From Chloroflexota bacterium (lineage in GTDB: Bacteria > Chloroflexota > Limnocylindria > Limnocylindrales > CSP1-4), in the NCBI GenBank assembly GCA_046328155.1, contig JAXLXC010000021.1, forward strand, positions 715-64,714: a stretch of 64,000 nt of DNA, given 5' to 3'. Made by a program: the position numbers and the translations under genes. The notes under the pieces are model-generated. The model was not told the DNA's origin, searched no databases, and saw only the letters and a program-made list of their open reading frames with translations. Of this stretch, positions 45,446-54,703 are shown one piece after another (within the stretch, counting starts at the first letter, position 1; each line of letters starts with the position of its first letter).

Positions 45446-46731
45446 GGCGTCGAGCCATACAGATCGGCGCGTCGCAGGGTGACGCCGTCCGGGCCCCACG
45501 GGCCGGCCAGGAACGCGCGGTCGCCATGCATGGCGATCGCACCCAGACAGCACTCGTCCGGCGCCAGCTCCTGGCCCTCGGAGACCGCCCAGCCGCGGCC
45601 GCCATCGGTCGAGCTGATCGTGTCCACCCGCACGAGGTCCGGATCCTCGCCCACGACCTTGACCGTGACCGCCACGCCGACATCGTCGTCCGTCGCGATG
45701 ACGCCGCCCTGCCAGTCGTACCGGCCCACGACCTCGCTCCAGGCCGACCCATTGCCGACCCACAGGGTCCCGAGCGCACCCGTGAGACCAGGATCCGGGT
45801 GCTCGTGATGCTTGTCGGCGAAGAGCAGCCACGTCTCTGGCCGGCCGTCCCGGACAAACGCGGCCAAGTCGTCGACGTCCTCGTACTCGGCAGGCAGGGC
45901 CCCAAGCTGGGACCATGACGCACCATCGTCCGACCACCAGAGGGTCGGCGGGTAGCAGCACAAGACGGCCGCGAACCCGTCCCCGATCGCCTTGGCGAGG
46001 ACCGGAGACCGTCCTGCGCCGCGTGGGTCCAGGCGGTCGGTCACGAGGTGACGGTCCCAGTGGGCGCCATCGTCCGAGGTCCACGCCCAGATGGGCACGC
46101 TCGGCTCGGATGGCTGCTCCGCCGCGAGCTGTGCGACGGCCAGCCCCACCCGCCCGTTGGCGTATGGCACGCAGTCCGCCATCGCCAGGATCCGTGTCTC
46201 GCTGCTGACGACGTGCGGATATGTGAAGGCGCATCCCTGCAGCTTGCCCACCGGTCGCTGGTCGAAGGTGCCTGCCCGTTGCCACTCACCGCCGTCGCTC
46301 GATGACCAGAGGCGGAAGCGCCAGCCTCGCTCCAGGGCTCGCTGCTCGACGAGCAGCAGCTCGTCCTGCCAGGCCAGCAGCGACAGCTCGGGGCCGTCGA
46401 CCGTCCGTGGCAGTGGATGGCCGGTCCAGGCCCGCCCGTCCGACGAGACCCAGACCCGGTCGCCGAGCGCCGCGTACCCGCCAGCCCAGGCGACCACCTG
46501 ACCTGCGCCCATGGAGACGCCGGGGTCCGACATGGTCGTGCCCAGCGCCGGCTCCGCCGTCCCGTCCACGGGTCCCCACGTGACCTCGCCGATGCCGACA
46601 CTCGCTCCCGGAGAGGGTGCGGACGGGGATGGCGAGGCAGCATCGGCCGCGGCCCCCGTCGTCATGAGCCCGGCGAGGAGCACGATCACGACCTGCATCC
46701 GGCTCCGGGCGGCCCGTGCTGTCGTACCCAT
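45442..46731 (-). CDS. Secreted beta-propeller-like protein with degenerate Asp-box ('SSDGxxW') repeats
   Basis: Signal-peptide-like 'MQVVIVLLAGLMTTGAAADA'. Repeats 'VSSDGRAWT', 'SSSDGGEWQ', 'TSDDGAHWD', 'WSDDGASWS', 'STDGGRGWA'. Confidence 0.6.
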   Translation of the reverse strand: MGTTARAARSRMQVVIVLLAGLMTTGAAADAASPSPSAPSPGASVGIGEVTWGPVDGTAEPALGTTMSDPGVSMGAGQVVAWAGGYAALGDRVWVSSDGRAWTGHPLPRTVDGPELSLLAWQDELLLVEQRALERGWRFRLWSSSDGGEWQRAGTFDQRPVGKLQGCAFTYPHVVSSETRILAMADCVPYANGRVGLAVAQLAAEQPSEPSVPIWAWTSDDGAHWDRHLVTDRLDPRGAGRSPVLAKAIGDGFAAVLCCYPPTLWWSDDGASWSQLGALPAEYEDVDDLAAFVRDGRPETWLLFADKHHEHPDPGLTGALGTLWVGNGSAWSEVVGRYDWQGGVIATDDDVGVAVTVKVVGEDPDLVRVDTISSTDGGRGWAVSEGQELAPDECCLGAIAMHGDRAFLAGPWGPDGVTLRRADLYGSTP

Positions 46732-46875
46732 GGGGTGCGCATGATGCCCCACCAGTGGCTCCGGCACCACTGAGCCCGCAGGGATTCGGCGCGGCCGAAC
46801 GGCGGCCGGTCCGGTCGCAGGGTTGAGACCCCCTGGGTGCGCCGGACCGTGCCGATTCGGGCCTCGCCGCGCATC

Positions 46876-46987
46876 GGCGTTCGGTGCCACCGGGCTGCGG
46901 TGCCGGTGCGGGCATCTGGACGGGCGGATGCGGCCCCGGGTGCGGCCGAAACCTCGCATCGCGACCAGTGGGCGTTCGGTGCCACCG
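46876..46987. repeat. 17-nt perfect direct repeat, two copies 95 nt apart, in the pgpH-propeller intergenic region
   Basis: ggcgttcggtgccaccg at 46876-46892 and 46971-46987. Each copy is followed by a ggccgaaac motif. Confidence 0.8.
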
Positions 46988-47071
46988 ACGACGTGCATGG
47001 CGTCGGCCGGCCGAAACGCGCGGGGCGAGTGCGGGCGCCCGCGCAGTGGCGCGCGACGAGGCCGAGACGCC

Positions 47072-48556
47072 TCAGGAGGCCTGGCGCCTCGACTCGAGCT
47101 CCACGATCTTGTTCTGGGGGTACTCGATGCGACGGTGGTACATGCCCTTGAGCTGGGCGATGAACGCCTCGCGGATTTGGTCGAGGTCCCGCAGCGTGAG
47201 GTCGCACTCGTCGAACTGGCCGTCCTCCAGCCGCTCGCTGATGATGCGGCTGACCATGGTCCGGATGGTGGCCTCGTCGTGGTTGGAGAGCGAGCGGACC
47301 GACGCCTCCACGGAGTCCGCGAGCATCAGGATCGCGGCCTCCCGGGACTGCGGCTTGGGGCCCTTGTGACGGAAGCGACGCTCGTCGACCGAGTCGGCCA
47401 CCGCGTCCGCGGCGCTGCTGCCGGGCACAACCCCGGCGTCCGCAACGGCACGCTCGCGGGCCTTCTCCCAGAAGAAGCTCATGCGCCCGGTGCCGTGGTG
47501 CTGGGGGATGAACGAGATGACCGGCTTGGGCAGCTTGTACTGGTAGGCGATGTCGATGCCGTTGGCGACGTGGGCCGCCAGCACGCGGGCCGATTCCTCG
47601 GGCGTCATCTCGTCATGCGGGTTGGGACCGCCGGCCGGCTGGTTCTCGATGAACGCCGTCGGGTCCGCCAGCTTGCCGATGTCGTGGTAGTACGCGGCGA
47701 CGCGCACCAGCAGCGGGTCGGCGCCCACGGCCTCCGCGGCACGCTCCGCAAGGTTCCCCACCATCAGCGAGTGGTGATAGGTGCCCGGCGCCTCGAGCAG
47801 CAGCCGTCGGAGGAGCGGCTGCGACGGGTTGGCCAGCTCCATCAGCTGGTAGGAGGTGGTGATGCCGAACACCGAGCCCGCGACCGCGAAGGTCCCCGCC
47901 GCCGCCACCGCGCTGCCCGCCGCCGATGCGATGGCTGCCAGCTCCAGCTGGAACAGGCCCGCGATGTCCGTGGACTGGAGCAGGCCGAACGCGCTCACCA
48001 CGCCCACGTTGACCACCGCCATGGCGATGCCGGCATGGACGTACTGCGTCAGGCGCTCGCCCCGCCGCAGCACCACGATCCCCGCCAGGCTGCCGAGCAG
48101 GAGGTAGACCGCGAACTGCGGCTGCCCGGTCAAGGCACCACCGAGGACCGCCACGATGGCCGTGACCGCGAGCGCGACGCCGGCGTCCAGCAGGACGGAG
48201 AGCAGCAGCGCGCCCGTCGCGAACGGCGCGAGGTAGGGCAGCACCGACCGGTCGGCCGTGACCGCGAGCGCGAGCGCGGAGCCCACGAGCACGAGGCCCA
48301 CGAGCAGCAGCGGTCGATTGCGATGCCAGAGGCTCGGCCGGAACCGCCACACCCAGCCGAGCAAGGTGCCCACGACCAGGGTCGAGAGGAGCAGCCAGCC
48401 CACGAAACGGATGGGCTCCGAGCCGTCGCCCATGGAGATGGGATACAGCGCCAGTGCCGCCACGAGGGCGAGCACGAGCAGCACGGCTGCGACCAGGAGG
48501 CGACCGGCATCCCGCCGGGTGAAGGCGACGAGGCGGCTCGAGCGGCGTGCCAGCAT
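47072..48556 (-). CDS. pgpH: 7TM-HD (HDIG) membrane phosphohydrolase, PgpH/YqfF type
   Basis: Seven N-terminal TM helices, then 'YHHSLMVGNLAERAAEAVG...AAYYHDIGK' and 'FIPQHHGT'. Confidence 0.85.
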   Translation of the reverse strand: MLARRSSRLVAFTRRDAGRLLVAAVLLVLALVAALALYPISMGDGSEPIRFVGWLLLSTLVVGTLLGWVWRFRPSLWHRNRPLLLVGLVLVGSALALAVTADRSVLPYLAPFATGALLLSVLLDAGVALAVTAIVAVLGGALTGQPQFAVYLLLGSLAGIVVLRRGERLTQYVHAGIAMAVVNVGVVSAFGLLQSTDIAGLFQLELAAIASAAGSAVAAAGTFAVAGSVFGITTSYQLMELANPSQPLLRRLLLEAPGTYHHSLMVGNLAERAAEAVGADPLLVRVAAYYHDIGKLADPTAFIENQPAGGPNPHDEMTPEESARVLAAHVANGIDIAYQYKLPKPVISFIPQHHGTGRMSFFWEKARERAVADAGVVPGSSAADAVADSVDERRFRHKGPKPQSREAAILMLADSVEASVRSLSNHDEATIRTMVSRIISERLEDGQFDECDLTLRDLDQIREAFIAQLKGMYHRRIEYPQNKIVELESRRQAS

Positions 48557-48568
48557 GCGGCTCGGGGG

Positions 48569-49057
48569 CTAGCTGCCCCCGCCACCCCCATGGGCATGGG
48601 CGACCAGGTCGAGCTTGGCCAGCTCCTGCGCCACGAGCCCCGAGACCTGCTTGCCGTCGGCTCGACCGCGGATGCGCGGCGAGAGGGCGCCCATGACCTT
48701 GCCCAGGTCACGCGCCGAGCTGGCGCCCGTGGTCGAGATCGCCTCGGCCACCATCGCCCGGATCTCGTCCTCGGTCAGGGCGGCGGGGAGATACGCGGCG
48801 ATGATGCCCGCCTCGGCGCGCTCCTTGTCCGCGAGGTCCGTCCGACCCACCGCGCTGAACGCCTCGATGGACTCGCGGCGCGTCTTGGCCTCCTTGGAGA
48901 GCACGCCGACGAGCTCGTCGTCCGTGAGGGGGCGACGAGCCGCGACCTGTGCGTTGTGGGCAGCCGAGAGCACCATGCGCAAGGTGTCGCGCTTGAGCGC
49001 GTCACCGTCCCGCATGGCGTCCTTCATGTCTGCCTGGAGTCGATCCGCGAGGCTCAC
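48569..49057 (-). CDS. yqeY: GatB/YqeY domain protein
   Basis: 'LQADMKDAMRDGDALKRDTLRMVLSA...KRRESIEAF...GKVMGAL'. Confidence 0.85.
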   Translation of the reverse strand: MSLADRLQADMKDAMRDGDALKRDTLRMVLSAAHNAQVAARRPLTDDELVGVLSKEAKTRRESIEAFSAVGRTDLADKERAEAGIIAAYLPAALTEDEIRAMVAEAISTTGASSARDLGKVMGALSPRIRGRADGKQVSGLVAQELAKLDLVAHAHGGGGGS

Positions 49058-49144
49058 TGTCTGCTCCTGGGCATCCGCCCGGGAGGCATGGCGGCGGGGC
49101 GTCCCGACGACCGGTGACCGGTCACCCGATGCGCCCCTGCCTGC

Positions 49145-49324
49145 CTAGTCCTGGCGGGTTGCCTTCTTGCGCTTCGCTTCCTTGCGCTTGCGCTTCACGC
49201 TCGGCTTCTCGTAGTGCTCGCGTCTGCGAGCCTCCGCGAGGATGCCGCTCTGCTGGATCTTCTTGTTGAAGCGCCGAAGGGCACTCTCGAAGGTCTCGTT
49301 CTCACCGACACGGACCTCTGCCAA
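49145..49324 (-). CDS. rpsU: 30S ribosomal protein S21
   Basis: TTG start at 49324 with GGAGGTGAT 7 nt upstream. '(M)[41 protein letters not shown]'. Confidence 0.9.
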   Translation of the reverse strand: MAEVRVGENETFESALRRFNKKIQQSGILAEARRREHYEKPSVKRKRKEAKRKKATRQD

Positions 49325-49630
49325 CCTGGGATCACCTCCCACCGGCCGATGCTTGGGCCCGGGCATCCTGCGCCCGGAGCCGGTGGCCGGGCAGGGATGC
49401 GCGCTCGATGCGGGTTGGCCGGATGTCCTGGCGAGGGTGTCGCCGGCGACGTTGGGCACGTCCGCGCGCGAAGGGCCGGCGGAGTGTACACCAGCCCCGC
49501 CGGAGGGTCGAGTGACGATCGGTCGGCAGTGGCGATCGGTCGGGCACGTCTGGTGTCGGCGAGAGCCGGGCGCCGGCTCATCGATGCGCTCGGAGTGAAC
49601 GCGGCGGGCCCCGACGGTGTCTGATAGGGC

Positions 49631-50167
49631 ATGCGCTCCATCGTCGACATCGGTCCACGCGCCGCTGACGCGCCCACCTGGGAGGCGTTCGAGGCCCGGG
49701 TCGCGAGTCGCGTGGCGGACGCCCATCGGCTCGCCGCGGCCATCGTCGGGCCCGACGACGCGGCGGACGTGGTGCAGGAGGCGCTGGTCGAGGCCTGGCG
49801 GCACCTCGGCTCGGTGCGCGACCCCGACCGCCTCGAGGCGTGGTTCCGGTCGATCGTCATCAATCGGTGCCGCAACGTGCTCCGGACGCGAGGCCGCCGG
49901 CCGCGCACCACACCCATCCAGCCAGACGCCGCAGGGATGGGCGCCGCCGACGCCCCCGAGGAATCGGTCGTGGTCCGCGAGGCGCTCGACCAGGCGTTCG
50001 GGCGGCTGTCGCCCGAGCACCGGACGGTCCTCGCCCTGCGCTACACCCTCGACCTGCCGCTGGTCGAGATCGCACGCACCCTGCGTGTCCCGGAGGGGAC
50101 GGTCAAGTCACGGCTGCACGCGGCCATCGCGCGGTTGCGCGCGACCTACGAGGAGGACGGACGATGA
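49631..50167 (+). CDS. ECF-type RNA polymerase sigma factor
   Basis: Region 2 '[14 protein letters not shown]...[12 protein letters not shown]'. Region 4 '[35 protein letters not shown]'. Confidence 0.9.
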   Translation: MRSIVDIGPRAADAPTWEAFEARVASRVADAHRLAAAIVGPDDAADVVQEALVEAWRHLGSVRDPDRLEAWFRSIVINRCRNVLRTRGRRPRTTPIQPDAAGMGAADAPEESVVVREALDQAFGRLSPEHRTVLALRYTLDLPLVEIARTLRVPEGTVKSRLHAAIARLRATYEEDGR

Positions 50168-50251
50168 GCGTCCGGGTGCCAGACCCACGAGTCCGACCCA
50201 CGCTGACCGATGACATGGTCGCCGGCTACCTGCGCGCGCGGGGAGGTGCCC

Positions 50252-51772
50252 ATGCCCGACGGGCTGCTCGCCGCGGCACGCGCCGAGGCGCTCCGACCGG
50301 GCCCGTTCCGTCGCTCGCGGCCGCTCGCGCTGGGCATGGCCATGGCGGCGACGCTGCTCGTCGTGCTGGGCGCGTTCGGCCTCCTCGCCGCGCGACCACG
50401 GCCGGCACCATCCCCGCCCGTCGCCTCGCCGGTCGCGCCGGCCCATGGGCTCGTCATCGCGACGCACGGCGACACGGTCGATGGCGGCGAGGTCCTGCTG
50501 CGGCCTGCCGACCCGGCCACCGCCCTGCCGCTCCCGGGCTTGGAACCCATCGCCATCGCGCAGCCGTTCGAGACGCGACTCAGCCCCGATGGCCGGACGC
50601 TCGCGATCGTGAGCACCCCGCCGTACGAGGTCGTGGATGGCCAGCCGGTCCGCCCGGACAGTGGCGTGATCCGGCTCGTCGATCTCGCCTCCTGGACCGT
50701 CTCGGACACGCCCGTCACCGGACTCGGCTTCGTGAGCGACCTCAGCTGGACGCCCGATTCGACGGCACTCGTGTGGCTCGCGCCGACACAGACCGATGCC
50801 GACCTCGCGGGCCGCGCGTACCAGGTCGTGCGCTGGGCGATCGGCGCCCCAGCCCCGGAGGTGCTCGTGGGCCTTCCCGACCCAGCGTTCGTGCCGCAGG
50901 CGGCCCGGGTCGTGGTCGACTCGCAGGGCGTCCCGCGCTCGACCCTGGTCGTCTACGGCAGGCTTCGCGACGCGGATGGGTATCTGGCAGGCACCCCGCG
51001 CGTCCTGGGCATCGACCTGGATCGGGGGCGGGTCGCGGCGGATGTCGACCTGGCGGATGTGGGGCCCGGGGACGTCCGGACGGCCGTGGTGTGGGACCTG
51101 CCGCGCCAGCGTCTGTTCGTTGCGACCGACGACACCCTGCTGACGGTCGACCTGGGCGACTTCGTCGTCGAAGGGCATCCGATCGAGGCGCTGGAGGCAG
51201 GAGCCTCGACGAGGGATCGACTGCCCGTGCTGTCGGGCGTCGTGAGCGCGGACGGCGACCGCCTGTTCCTGACGGGCGTGACCCAGGAAGTGACGGACGA
51301 GGGGGTCAGCTACGGGCCTGCGGGCCTTCGGGTCATCGATACCCACGACGGGCGGCTGGTCGAGCCGATCGACGCGTCCATCAGCCAGGTCAGCCTGAGC
51401 CCGGCTGGGGACCAGCTGCTGGTCGCCAGCATGGGCGACCACGGGTGCACCTTGCTCGACGCATCCGACGTGGAGCTGCGCCTCCTGGACCCGGACGACC
51501 TTCAGGTGCGGGCGCGGATCGCGGCCCTGGAGGGCGCCGTGTGCCCCTCCCCCCTGGAGATGAGCATCTCGTGGGATGGCCGGTTCGGCTACCTGGGAGA
51601 CGCCGTCCGGACCGGTGCTGAGAGCTGGAACCAGGTCCGCGTCATCGCGATGGAGGACGGCCGCGTCGTCGGGCAGCGGACGTTCGATGAGCAGGACCCG
51701 CTGGTCACGCTCCTCGTCCTGGGAGGCCGCTGCGGTGGCCTGTCCGGGTGCCAGGTCGGTGGCGGCGCCTGA
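50252..51772 (+). CDS. Membrane-anchored protein with an extracytoplasmic beta-propeller-like domain; candidate anti-sigma factor
   Basis: Follows the ECF sigma gene. ATG 50252 has GGGAGG 6 nt upstream. TM 'LALGMAMAATLLVVLGAFGLLAA'. Repeats of the 'SPDGRTLA', 'SADGDRLF', 'SPAGDQLL' type. Confidence 0.55.
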   Translation: MPDGLLAAARAEALRPGPFRRSRPLALGMAMAATLLVVLGAFGLLAARPRPAPSPPVASPVAPAHGLVIATHGDTVDGGEVLLRPADPATALPLPGLEPIAIAQPFETRLSPDGRTLAIVSTPPYEVVDGQPVRPDSGVIRLVDLASWTVSDTPVTGLGFVSDLSWTPDSTALVWLAPTQTDADLAGRAYQVVRWAIGAPAPEVLVGLPDPAFVPQAARVVVDSQGVPRSTLVVYGRLRDADGYLAGTPRVLGIDLDRGRVAADVDLADVGPGDVRTAVVWDLPRQRLFVATDDTLLTVDLGDFVVEGHPIEALEAGASTRDRLPVLSGVVSADGDRLFLTGVTQEVTDEGVSYGPAGLRVIDTHDGRLVEPIDASISQVSLSPAGDQLLVASMGDHGCTLLDASDVELRLLDPDDLQVRARIAALEGAVCPSPLEMSISWDGRFGYLGDAVRTGAESWNQVRVIAMEDGRVVGQRTFDEQDPLVTLLVLGGRCGGLSGCQVGGGA

Positions 51773-52481
51773 TCGGCCAGCCCCCGCGGCCGGCGCCCGA
51801 TCGGCCCGGCGGCCAGCGATGTGGCCGGCGCCGTGCCAGGCACGCTCGACGGCCGGCGCCGTGCCGGGCGGCCGGCGATGTGGCCGCGCCGCGCCAGGCA
51901 CGCCCGACATGTGGCCGGCGACGTCGTCGGGTGCCGCGTCGACCCGGGCGCCCGATCGATCGATCGTCGGTGCCGTGCAGCCATTCGGTGCTGCCGAACG
52001 CCGACCGGGCAGATTGCGGGCTTCCGAGGCCCAGGCCGTTCCCAAGCCGGCCCGAGTCGGCGCTCCACGCGCTCCGACGTTCAGCCACGCTGGAGATCCG
52101 TCGGTCTGGGGCCGGAACTCGATGGCCTGCCGGGCCGCAGGCGCGCCCGCGCTCGCCCGTGAGGCGCACGAAGACCCGCCACGTTCGCCGCGACCGAACA
52201 CCTGCGTGCTTCGGGCCCGGGATGGCGCCTTCGTGCCTGGGATGCCGCCGGCTCAGAGCCAGCCACGGGAACCGAGGTGCGCCGGCCGCACGAACGTGCA
52301 CGCCCCCGACCACACGCGCCCCGCGCACACGAACGCGCATCGTGACGCACGCCCACGCCCCCGAGCACACGCGCGCGCCGGGCCCCCAACCGGGACCACG
52401 GCGCGCGGAACTTTGGTACGAGGAGGACGCCGCCGCCCGCCGCCCGACTGGCGGACGATGGGCGATGGCGTCAGACGGTGA

Positions 52482-53519
<1,038 letters not shown>

Positions 53520-53584
53520 CTACGCGATGGGGACGGGTGTGCGATGTCGCCAGGTCGGCCCTCCTTTCGGGTCCATGGGGGAAG

Positions 53585-54703
53585 TCAGGTTCCCGGCTGC
53601 GCGAGCGCAGGTGGTTGGGATCCGTCGTGGGTGACCTGGGCCGCCTGCTGCTGGAGCGCGAGGCGACGCTCGGCGCGCTGCTGGAGCTGGTCGACGATGA
53701 GGGCCAGCACGATGACCACGCCCTTGATGACCTGCTGCCAGAACGACGACACGCCCAGCTGGTTGAGGCCCACGGTCAGGACGCCGATGACGAAGGCGCC
53801 GATCATGGTGCCCACGATCGTGCCCCGGCCACCCGCCAGCGACGTGCCGCCGAGCACCACCGCGGCGATCGCGTTGAGCTCGAAGAACGTGCCCGTGGCG
53901 GGGTGCGCGGCCACCAGCTGGGACGAGATGATGAGGCCCACGGTGGCGGCGCAGAAGCCGCTGATCATGTACACCAGCATCTTGGTGCGGCGCACCCGCA
54001 CCCCCGACAGCTCCGCCGACCGCTCGTTGCCGCCGACGGCATAGACCGCCCGGCCGAAGGGCGTCCGGGTGGTCACGAACCAGGCGACGATGGCGTACCC
54101 GACCATGATCCAGATGGCCCAGCTGATGCCCAGCACGCCACCGGTGCCCAGCTCCTGGAAGCCCTGGTTGCCCAGCTCCGGCCGACCCACCAGGTTGGGA
54201 AACGTGTTGCCGTTGTTGAGCAGCCCCGCGGCGCCGCGCGCGACGTACAGCATGCCCAGCGTGGCGATGAACGGCGCGACGCTGAAGCGCGTGATGATGA
54301 ACCCGTTGATGGCGCCGACCAGGACGCCCGCGCCCAGCGAGAGCAGCAGGACCATCCAGATGTGGGGGTAGACGATCACGCCGAGCGCCCCCACGGCGAG
54401 GCCCTCGTTGATGAGCAGGCCCGCGATCATCGCGGTCAGGCCCACCACCGACCCCACGGACAGGTCGATGCCCCCCGTCAGGATGACGAAGGTCATGCCG
54501 ATGGCCAGGATGGCGTTGATGGCCGTCTGCTTGGCCAGGATCTCGAGGTTCGTGGGGTTGAGGAACTTGTCGGCGCCCAGCAGCGCCGTGAACACGATCA
54601 CGAGGAGCACCAAGGCGAAGATGGCGCGCCCGCGCAGCAGCAGCTGGGCGACCTCCGTCCTGGTCCAGCCGCCGACCTTGATGGTCCCCGTGCGCGCCGT
54701 CAC
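53585..54703 (-). CDS. Sugar ABC transporter permease (RbsC/AraH family)
   Basis: 'TGGIDLSVGSVVGL', about 10 TM helices. The ATG overlaps the ATPase stop. Confidence 0.88.
   Translation of the reverse strand: MTARTGTIKVGGWTRTEVAQLLLRGRAIFALVLLVIVFTALLGADKFLNPTNLEILAKQTAINAILAIGMTFVILTGGIDLSVGSVVGLTAMIAGLLINEGLAVGALGVIVYPHIWMVLLLSLGAGVLVGAINGFIITRFSVAPFIATLGMLYVARGAAGLLNNGNTFPNLVGRPELGNQGFQELGTGGVLGISWAIWIMVGYAIVAWFVTTRTPFGRAVYAVGGNERSAELSGVRVRRTKMLVYMISGFCAATVGLIISSQLVAAHPATGTFFELNAIAAVVLGGTSLAGGRGTIVGTMIGAFVIGVLTVGLNQLGVSSFWQQVIKGVVIVLALIVDQLQQRAERRLALQQQAAQVTHDGSQPPALAQPGT

Noticed and set aside
50164-50251. ATG 50164, coupled to the sigma stop, as the definite start of the anti-sigma-like gene.
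   Set aside because: It is in a different frame from the long membrane/propeller ORF. Without a frame correction it only opens a shadow ORF. It is kept as an open question in the findings rather than as a feature.
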